Below, one piece after another: positions 1 to 9,161 of a DNA stretch of 10,358 bases. The notes beneath the pieces were generated by a model. That model was given only the letters and a program-made list of their open reading frames with translations. It was not told the DNA's origin and did not search any database. The stretch's first letter is position 1; each line of letters opens with the position of its first letter. Position numbers and translations under genes: made by a program. This DNA is from Trichoplax adhaerens (lineage: Eukaryota > Animalia > Placozoa): positions 1 to 10,358 of the forward strand of contig NW_002061088.1 of NCBI RefSeq assembly GCF_000150275.1, read 5' to 3'.

Positions 1-240
1 ATTGCACTTATTACTGGCAAATCCTATGTTTATCTTGTTTTAGACTACGGTGAATTTATATTTATTTTAGTATCGACTGCATTTTTTATGGCAAGTTTAA
101 CGGCAATTCAAAATCCTTTCATTTTTATTATTTATAACAAAACATTTAGAAAGGCTATAATTTCAAATTTTTATCTAGAGCGCCAAAATAAAACTGCCGT
201 TATTGTCGTAACCCATAAATCTAATAATGCCAATACCTGA
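1..240 (+). CDS. Class A (rhodopsin-like) GPCR, 3' part only (end of TM6, ECL3, TM7, helix 8, C-tail); 5' part lies outside the window
   Basis: Frame +1 is open from 1 to TGA at 238-240: IALITGKSYVYLVLDYGEFIFILVSTAFFMASLTAIQNPFIFIIYNKTFRKAIISNFYLERQNKTAVIVVTHKSNNANT*. A hydrophobic helix ends in NPFIF (NPxxY-like, N at 112), followed by helix-8 YNKTFRK. It aligns ungapped to the paralog at ~7086-7238 with 23/51 identities. Whether the upstream part is intact cannot be seen. Confidence 0.85.
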   Translation: MALITGKSYVYLVLDYGEFIFILVSTAFFMASLTAIQNPFIFIIYNKTFRKAIISNFYLERQNKTAVIVVTHKSNNANT

Positions 241-1041
241 ATTACCCCCCAAAAATGTGCTCTTCTTATTTTACAATTAATATATCTTAAGTCTAATTAG
301 ATTCTCATATTGAAAATGAAAAGCGGATAAAGTAAAATAACTCGTTGCTAGATTCGTATGTAACCTAAATTTATTGTCGTTGAATAAATCTTTAGTTCTA
401 AGTAAGCTGATGACTAATTCAACTGGATATGAGCCATGCGTATTCGAAATTAAACACATAATTGAAAGATACTAGGCAAATTTTCTCAGAAGTGAATAAA
501 GGCCTGATTACAAGTAAACTTTCTAAAAGCTTTTTCAAATGTATAATTATAACTGTTTAAGCCGTAATTGTAATAATATTACTATATTTGTTAATAAAAG
601 TGTAACTACAAGCTTGCAAATTCGCTATTACTGCGTCTAGAGCTAAAGCACTTAATGCGTGACTATTATGAATTGTGAAGATTTTAACTACTGTATTACC
701 ATGCAACATATTAATAAAATGCCAATAAATTTACAAAAGACTAATATGATTTGCTAAGCTATTCTTGTTGTAATTTATTAACATATCTGACAGTGTATAA
801 TATCTGATGGATAATCACATATAATTTGTTCGCAAACAATCGCAATTCGAAGAGAAGTAAGTGCAATAAAAATGTCAACATTTTTGTCGATTCCATTCAC
901 GTTACGCATCAACGGAAGCTGTTGTCCATTCCGGGAGTTAAAGAATAATTTAGATTTGAAGTATAAAATATTGCAAAGATTTGCTTAAATAATATCTGTA
1001 TTTAATTAGTGAAAAAATATGGAATAGACTCTGCCATTGAG

Positions 1042-1071
1042 AGATAGAGAAGACCTAGGTCTTCTCTATCT
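1042..1071. repeat. Perfect 30-bp spacerless palindrome
   Basis: AGATAGAGAAGACCT|AGGTCTTCTCTATCT: the two 15-bp arms are exact reverse complements. Confidence 0.97.
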
Positions 1072-3306
1072 ATTAAGAATCAATAGCGAAAGGAAAATTC
1101 TAGAAATCTTATTACCATTCGCAATAGTTTCATTGTCCAACAATTCAAGCCATCAATTAAACTTACTAACCATAGTTTCAGAACTTCAGATAGCAATAGA
1201 TGTCTTGAGTATGTTATGATACTAACTTTAGTTCCTTCACTGCATTTAAGAAACTGTTTAAAAGGAAAAACGTAAAAGCGTCATTTTAAAGATCCATCAC
1301 TTCCTTAGCAATTTTTTCAATATGCTGTAATGATCTCCATAAATTTAAGTAGTACCATAGGTGGCTAATAGGTTGAGATGATGCACTTGTACTCCTTCTA
1401 GTATGCGATTGGGTTCTCTACCTAAGGCCGTATCTAATAGCCAAACATAGGATTATATAGACTGCCTTCTTCATTAGAGTTAACGTATAATTACCTGGTT
1501 TATCCTAGTCAAACTGTAAAAGCAGTAGACTATTTTTAAGTTATTGCACGTGTATCTTTCACAATCAACTACTTTGAAATTTTGCTAATTGCATTATTGT
1601 TTGAGATAAAATTATTCCAGTAAGTAGTAATTTTAATGTTTTTGAAAGAAATTAGATTTTCCAGTAATATAATTTAATAGCGCAACTACTACAATTTTTA
1701 TCCATATTCATGGAAATCTAATTTTGCGTTAGAGCATCTATGAAAACATGATGCCTAGTCTGTCACCAAAGCAAAATTACGTTTCCGTGAATACTTACTT
1801 CATTGCTGATCATAACTCATTATTTAGAATTATATGCAGTTGTCATGGCCCCATTTTATTTAGGTAATGCATATTAATTAATTATTCTGATGGAGATAGA
1901 GGTGTTTAATCTACAACAATATATTTTAGAGTCAAGTGTGATCCACTATAATTTCTAATTTTATTTAAGATGAGTACAACTATCATTATAGACTGATAAA
2001 TATAATACTGTACTGACATTGTTTTGCTATTATGTTATTGAGCTATTTACTGTGGCACGATTTGTAGTCGAGCTATTTAATTATATTACTGGAGAATTGT
2101 TTATCGATGTAAGATTTCGTTCGTAACATCGAATGTAAATAATATAATAGCTATTCCCGAAAGGAAATAAACCCGCAAGCAGGATAATGTAGTTAGGAAA
2201 AATAAACGGGACCGATAGCCTTATTGTTGAGAATCTTGATATATCTTTTTGTGTTACCATAAGTGAGCGACCAATTCTTAATAAAGATAACGTATGGAAA
2301 CTATTTCAATTCGCGTTTATGTCAAATTTGAATACATCACTTGTCAAAAAATTATTTAGTTACTAGATTTTGCATCAGATGATAACCGATTACGTCAGAT
2401 TATCATATCAAGTGGTATAATAAACATTATTGATCAAAAGACTGTCGATGTTTAATTAATTTACTTTATGATCTGTACAAATTTACGAAAAACCTAATTT
2501 CAAGTTACCTTACTTGTAAATTCACTGAAAGTAGCATCTAAAACTTAATTATGGAGTCGGTTTTAGAAGCAGAACATAATACAGCTTTCTGAATATGCAT
2601 ACAATTACAATAATCAGCAAATAATAATTTAGTTGAAGCCGTTTATTACCATCCTTATAAAAACTTCATTACCATAGCCAAATTGAAAGTTACGTGAGTG
2701 ATTTGATGTTTTGATTCTTCATGATCCGAAACTTGTGAGATCTACGACATTACAATTAACATACAGCATTCTTTGCTGCTATGATCACTGCCAATACCTT
2801 ATATAGTAACGTCTATGATTTTTATTGTAGATTTGATAGTAAATACTTATATTTTTTAAAAGTTAAAATATATGTTTATGATCGGCTAACTATTGATATT
2901 TACTATATCAATAAGTTTAAAAATGATGTACGAGGGTTATATAACGTTGGTAAAAAAAAGCCCATGTACACGTCTGAAAATCTAGGATATGTTTCTTAAC
3001 GCATAAAAAATCTTAATAGAATAAATGCTAGATTTTCAAATCCCCATCGGTGTGAAAATCTGATAATAGCGGGATTTCATTGTTGATAAACTGTTCTATC
3101 GATACTTCCTGCAAGAACTGTATTTAAAACTTTGAACCATTAAAATGATTTCCTTCAGAATCAAAATTGTGAAGCAGCGATTTCTTTGTGTTTGATAATT
3201 TGACAGCAGAAAGGTACATAATCTTTATTTTTATCCCGTTCATTCAAAGCAAATGAATTTGAGATTATTTAGTTCAGCTCACAAAAATCTAGTATTTACC
3301 ACAATA

Positions 3307-3380
3307 CAGTTATAAACATATATATATTTAAAGGCCATTTTTATCAGTTATAAACATATATATATATTTAAAGGTCATTT
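3307..3380. repeat. Tandem duplication of a ~38-bp unit containing a (TA)n tract
   Basis: CAGTTATAAACATATATATATTTAAAGGCCATTT starts at 3307 and repeats at 3345 with one extra TA and one C>T change. Confidence 0.92.
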
Positions 3381-4470
3381 GAAAAGATGAGTTAAACTTT
3401 TATGCATCTATTCATTATTAAAAAATGATCTCAACTCTTGTCCATCATCAGTACGTACCTCGTATTATATGAACTAGATATAAATTAATAATATTAAATT
3501 CTACTGGCTATCATCATTACTGAATAAGCCGCAAACAATCAAGTTTGGATAAAGATACGAAGCATTCTTGCTCCGCAGTTTTAATTTCATTTAGATAATA
3601 TAAATAATTATGGCGCTTCATTACTGCTTACTTGGACTCGAAATTCAAAGTAAATTACAGGAATTATATGCGTTCTAATATCGACGATTTAGATACTATC
3701 AGCTTTTAACGGTATAAATGTGGATACTTTTTGCGTACCGGTCTTATCTAAGCTATTTTTAGAGATCAGTAAATATAGTTCCGTGTAAATTCCTAATTCG
3801 TCCTTTGGCCGGTCAGCAAATCTCAATTTGTAAAGATCAAAAATATAACTAATATAGGAATTAGCAAAATTAGCCTATTGTCAGGCTTTTCCTTAAATGA
3901 TATTTGCCAATAACAGGAATCTAAATACTAATGATCTTCTATCCTCAAGCGCTAGTCTCTATTTTGACAAACTACTCCCAAATTTTGTATAAAATCAGTT
4001 AATTTGTAGTCAATTTCCGTAATGATAATTTATTTAATGGAAACTAAGTTAGGATATTTATTCAAAAATTTCTTCGTAACAGCCCGCTATTCTGCATAAT
4101 TGATCGGATTCCGATTTTGGCTATAACTGATACATGAGTCATAAACTGTTCTCAGAATTTGAAGTATTTAATTTAAGAAAAAGCTATTCATGTCTCCTAT
4201 ACATTTTTGCATATATATTCGTAATTTTTGCAATCTGAGATAATGAAAGATCTAGCTTACAAGATTTGAGCGAAAAATCAATTACTTCACGCCTATAAAA
4301 TAATTAAAAATGTTGGTTCTTACGATAATGCAATATCCAGTATTGATCGTTCAACGTATTTACGACGTAAGAAAGGTCGTAGCTGAAATCGACATAAAGT
4401 TTTTTTCTAGAAATGTGCTATAGAGATTATTCATTCATGAGTGGAATATTGTAATAAAGTATTTGGCTAC

Positions 4471-4920
4471 TGTGATATATACCAATCACGAAATTCCAAA
4501 TTTTAGAAAAATTAGGGCTTTATTAAATCTTATGCAAAGATTAACTACACGCAGCTCTACTCTAGCCGAATACTGCTACTACAGACTTCTACAACGAACA
4601 AACTGAATAATCTAAAGTTGCCATTAATCCAATATGGATACGACTACGGTATTTACGTAGACATTATTCGCACCTGCCAAAGCACAATGAATTAACCATA
4701 TCCTAATATATGATTTACAGTTTTATTTTTACCTATAGCCTTATTAATAACTCAACACCTTACTGTATATAGTCACCTGTACTCTAGCATAGAGTCTCTA
4801 CTACTATAGTCTATAGTAATAGCTACCAAATATCTCTTAGAATAAATATAGAAGTTACGCTACCGTACATTATACTAAACATGGCTAACAGTCTACAATC
4901 ACAATATTAGTTACATTACA
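4471..4920 (-). mobile_element. Solo LTR-like element, family 1 copy A (111-bp internal deletion)
   Basis: Begins TGTGAT and ends ATTACA (imperfect terminal inverted repeat, TG..CA). Flanked by a perfect 5-bp direct repeat GCTAC (4466-4470 and 4921-4925). About 93% identical to 9162-9709 over 4484-4920. Minus-strand AATAAA at 4519-4524 lies ~50 bp from the left end. Superfamily (Gypsy, BEL/Pao or Copia) cannot be assigned from the LTR alone. Confidence 0.72.
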
Positions 4921-5223
4921 GCTACATTTTGAATAAGTTTTATTGATTAATAATTTATTTGTATAACTTCAATCTTAAGTTAAAGGCAGAGTGGACAAAT
5001 TTTTATGAGATTTGCTGCGCTACTATTATTATAACTCAATTTCGATGTACGTTTAGAATTTAAGAGTTTATTAAAACTTTAATTGCGAGAAAATAAATTT
5101 TTTTTCTGTAGAAAATATTATCATGCTGGCAGAACTGAATGCTTTTATAAGCAATCGATGATTTAGGCTTGGATTTCTATTATTTTTTAGTTCTGTAGAA
5201 TCACGCAATTGATAAATCTAAAG

Positions 5224-5610
5224 NNNNNNNNNNNNNNNNNNNNNNNNNNNNNNNNNNNNNNNNNNNNNNNNNNNNNNNNNNNNNNNNNNNNNNNNNNNNN
5301 NNNNNNNNNNNNNNNNNNNNNNNNNNNNNNNNNNNNNNNNNNNNNNNNNNNNNNNNNNNNNNNNNNNNNNNNNNNNNNNNNNNNNNNNNNNNNNNNNNNN
5401 NNNNNNNNNNNNNNNNNNNNNNNNNNNNNNNNNNNNNNNNNNNNNNNNNNNNNNNNNNNNNNNNNNNNNNNNNNNNNNNNNNNNNNNNNNNNNNNNNNNN
5501 NNNNNNNNNNNNNNNNNNNNNNNNNNNNNNNNNNNNNNNNNNNNNNNNNNNNNNNNNNNNNNNNNNNNNNNNNNNNNNNNNNNNNNNNNNNNNNNNNNNN
5601 NNNNNNNNNN
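5224..5610. other. Assembly gap (387 N)
   Basis: Run of N from 5224 to 5610. Confidence 0.99.
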
Positions 5611-6017
5611 AAGTTGTATGCTTTTATACTTTCCGTAGCATTCGCAGCTACAATCTGCATAGCAACCTTTTACCTTATTTTACACATAGTTAAATTATTC
5701 TTAGTAAGACTATTCTACTGCGGACCATCATTAATCCGATATGGATATGACTACAGTACTTACATAGACATTATTCGCACAGCCAAAGTACAATGAATTG
5801 ACCATATCGTAATATATGATTTACAGTTCTATTTTTACCTATAGCCTTATTAGTAACTCAACACCTTACTGTATATAATCATCTGTACTCTAGAATAGAG
5901 CCTCTACCACTACAGTCTATAGTAATAGCTACCAAATATCTCTTAGGATAAATATCTACCGTACATTATACTAAACATGGCTAACAGTCTACAATCACAA
6001 TACTAAGTTACATTACA
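5611..6017 (-). mobile_element. LTR-like element, family 1 copy B (left part runs into the assembly gap)
   Basis: About 96% identical to 9293-9709 (about 16 substitutions, two 1-bp indels, one 10-bp deletion after ~5955). Same sharp right boundary GTTACATTACA. Minus-strand TATAAAAG at 5621-5628. The repeat is certain; the LTR identity is inferred from copy A. Confidence 0.7.
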
Positions 6018-6225
6018 CACTTATTTCATATTTAACTTATGATATTATCGAACAGATCTATTACAGGAAAGTACAATTAAAGGCTTTATTTAATACTCTG
6101 GCTGTTAAAAAGAATTGCCTAAGCTATTTTGAAATAATTGTAAACTGCGTGACTCGTAGCCAGTAACCATCACAAGCGAAAGATCCTTAGTTTTCTACTT
6201 GATATAGAATCGAACACCTGGAGAG

Positions 6226-6231
6226 TATAAA
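6226..6231 (+). promoter_or_regulatory. Possible TATA box of the GPCR pseudogene
   Basis: TATAAA 55 nt upstream of ATG 6281. Weak evidence in such AT-rich DNA. Confidence 0.2.
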
Positions 6232-6280
6232 CTGTCCATTAAATAAGTTATTAGCATGAGTTAAAGAGAAATCGTCAAAT

Positions 6281-7301
6281 ATGGTCTTTAGTAAAGATCA
6301 AAGCCCATTAAACGCTACGCAGCAAAATTTCACGTTCGATGTCATAGCTTTCCGACATTCCATGATATCACCCTTTATGATTTTAATACCTATTTATTTA
6401 TTTGGCATCTTCTGCAATATCGTATTAGTAACAAAATAAATTAAAAATAAGAGAATTCACACTCCTTCTGCATGTTTTCAGTTAGCATAGCCGTCTCAGA
6501 TATTAAAATGTTATTCTAAGCGGCGATTTTTCTTATCGTTAATCTAGCACTTACAAATGCAGAATAAACCAGTCCTTACAGCTTAGGAAAAGTTTGTAAA
6601 ATCAATTATTTTATAAATGGTTTCTCCTGTTTTACATCCTCACAATCGCTTATGGCAATCAGCATCGATCGCTACTTCATCATAGTGAAAGGAAGTATCC
6701 AAATATCACCATTTGACGAGAAAAGCAACTAATAATAACGATCGTTAAAATATGGATGAATAGCATATCTATATTTGTACCTCTAGCATTAATGACCGGA
6801 ATTAATCCAAAATTTCCAAATATGAGTGATTTACGTCCATACGATGACAACAGCGACTATTTTATGGCGTTTTATATGATGATTTCTAGCCATGTCGCCT
6901 ACGCTATTCCGTTACTGATAGTAACTTTTCTGTACCGTAAGGTCATCAAGTAAGTAAATTTGGTTATAAATTTAACTTGGCCTAATGAGCGAAATTGTAG
7001 TCGTCAAATTAAAGCTACAAAGATGATGATGATAGGAACAGGATTCTTTATGTTCAATGCTTTACCTGCTACAATTATGATGACTAGTATCAGTTTTATA
7101 AAGAAATCTTACGCAGAATTAGTCTTTAAACATGACCGCTTAATATTCTATTTGTTTTCGGCAGTTTTTCTGACATTGACTTTAAATTCTATACAAAATC
7201 CAATAATTTTTTTCTTATACAACAAATCATTTCGAAAAATCTATGTTGAATACCATAAAGGGACTCTGATTACCTTAAAGCTTCTGTTACAAACCCAGTA
7301 A
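6281..7301 (+). pseudogene. Intronless class A GPCR pseudogene (~340 aa when reconstructed)
   Basis: ATG at 6281. N-terminus has sequons NAT and NFT; TM1 is PIYLFGIFCNIV; ICL1 is KNKRIHTP. After a frameshift at ~6475-6480: TM2 SIAVSD, Cys at top of TM3 (6595), AISIDRY (DRY 6667-6675). After a second frameshift at ~6710-6722: TM4 W (6753)..P, TM5 YAIPLLIVTFLY, TM6 FFMFNALP, TM7 IQNPIIF (N at 7197), helix 8 YNKSFRK. In-frame TAA stops at 6437, 6517, 6565 and 6951. The expected ECL2 Cys appears as AGT at 6825. Track ORFs 6756-6953 and 6960-7301 are pieces of this gene. Confidence 0.93.
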
Positions 7302-8310
7302 CACAAGACTTCACTTACTAAGTGTTGAGAACTCACTTTTTATTAATAGATACTTCCTTTATATACTTTTACATGTAATTGGGTAAACAATAATATTATT
7401 CGTTAAATTATTCCATACTAAGCAGGTTATGTCGTAACTAGTAAATATGGAGTGATCATAACAAGACTTTAATAAGAAACCTTAACACATTTGGGTTGTT
7501 TTTCTACCTACGTAACAAAATCATCTAAGTTATCTTATCATATAAATATAATTCACGCATGCGTAACGTCATTAATAAATTATAAAGCTAGAGATAGGAA
7601 CTAATCATATGTTTTCTATTTCACGGCAGTTTCCTGACCGTGACAGCTTCATTTAAACCTGAAGAGACTTTACAGCATTAAAAATGGTTTACTGATGTAG
7701 CTTAATAACCCTTACGACACAAAAAAATAACGCAGCAATTATAATAAACTTTACTTTGATCCGCAGAACTACTTTCCAAGCCTACGGAAAGTAACTGGAA
7801 TCCTTGCGAAGGTCTAACTCGCTCAAAACGATATATAGTATAAAACTATCACACAACTTAGCCTTTACCTGAATCACTTTTTATTAATCACAGTCCTTCT
7901 TATATATTCTTTCAGCAGTTATAAGCATAGTTACGATACTATAACATATTTCAATAAAATACATGTTATCACGATTAATTTATCAAATACGGACGTTCGA
8001 GGTAATAAACAATTTCATAAGTAAATCTATTTCGACTGCAAGCTCTGTTAAGTTCCTATGTTCTCTATGCTTACTTGTAATATGTTACTGTATCATCATA
8101 ATATCATAATAACTTAGGTTATTACTTACAATAACGATTCCTAAAGTAGTACTTCATACTTTTTAAAAATTTAAAATAAAATGTTATCATCAGTTACACA
8201 TCCATAGCTAAGTTATTTTGATGATAACGATATGATGCTATTACCGAAATAGATACTTTAAATTGATACTAAATCGCGCAATGGTTTTATCTTGTCAGGT
8301 TTTATCCTAC

Positions 8311-8897
8311 TGTTGCTACAATACTAGCCATCGTATTTTGTAAATTAGTTTGTTAGTCTCTAAAATTGTTTATTACTTCAAAAATTAATTGAAAATCTGG
8401 ATTAATTATTAGCACCAGTAAGAGTTACTATTAATTAATGTTGTTAATTAATATAGTGGTACTGAGCCTCTAGTTGCTAATTAGCTAATAATGGTGATAA
8501 TTGATTGATGTTGTTTACACCTTAACTAGAGTCATACTGAGTCATATAATAATTGTAATCCTGTTTCTCATACTAAGTGAGTAAATTGTATTATAGGTGT
8601 TTCTCTACTTTGCACCACCTACGTGTGGCGACTATATATAAGCCCGAGCAGAAAATATATAGCTCAGTTGACACTTCTCTAGTGTACGGCAAGGTACTAA
8701 CTATACTCTCGTGGCATGAACAGAACTAGAAACTCATAAACTAATCTTACAACAAGCCACTTATTATACTTGTGAGGAAGTTGTTAGTCTTACTTACAGT
8801 ATCTCTCCATAGTTAGTTGGTGACTAAGTAGCTAGTAAGTTAGTTGATCACTCACATTAGACAAGCGTAGACAGTGGTATTACTAGTGTGGGTGACA
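8311..8897 (+). mobile_element. Solo LTR-like element, family 2 (587 bp)
   Basis: Starts TGTTGC and ends GTGACA. Flanked by a perfect 5-bp direct repeat CCTAC (8306-8310 and 8898-8902). Contains TATATAAG at 8635-8642 and TCAGTT at 8664-8669. Its TAG/CTA-rich composition differs from the flanks. No canonical AATAAA (only CATAAA at 8735-8740). Single copy in the window, so the boundaries rest on termini plus TSD. Confidence 0.62.
8635..8669 (+). promoter_or_regulatory. Pol II core promoter (TATA box + initiator) inside the family 2 LTR
   Basis: TATATAAG starts 31 nt upstream of the A (8666) of TCAGTT, an invertebrate-type Inr consensus (TCAKTY), which is canonical spacing. An AP-1-like TGAGTCA lies upstream at 8538-8544. 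Confidence 0.55.
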
Positions 8898-9161
8898 CCT
8901 ACATAGTTACGGTAATTGTTACAAACTTACACTAAATATTGAATTAAATAGTGCTTGTATTCATAAATTTATTGCTTACTTTAGTTGAAAGATTATGTAA
9001 TCATATTTTCAAAATTATGTTATGGTCATTTTAAAACCAGCAATAATAGCTTTAATTTCGCAGTTTTACACTATCATTTTCCAAATGTTAGAATAATGTC
9101 TCAAATCTGAAATATCAGTGAAGCATTGCGTAAGATTTCTTTGGTTTAACAGTATCTGCAT

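Noticed and set aside
780-1500. Minus-strand stretches that read somewhat protein-like (e.g. LLDTALGREPNRILEGVQVHHLNLLATYG)
   Set aside because: Frequent stops and no motif I can recognise; a BLASTx search would be needed before claiming a relic gene.
277-2999. Track ORFs 277-459, 1037-1219 and 2781-2999
   Set aside because: 60-72 aa with no recognisable motif; consistent with chance ORFs in AT-rich DNA.
5187-5796. Long ORFs 5187-5660 (-) and 5209-5796 (+)
   Set aside because: Artefacts of translating through 387 N.
4471-6017. Copies A and B as the two LTRs of a single TRIM-like element
   Set aside because: Copy A has its own TSD on both sides, A is the most divergent copy, and no PBS or PPT is visible between them.
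6437-6953. TAA reassignment or readthrough (ciliate-like code) rescuing the GPCR
   Set aside because: Two frameshifts and the lost ECL2 Cys would remain, Gln would fall in TM cores, and the gene's natural stop is also TAA.
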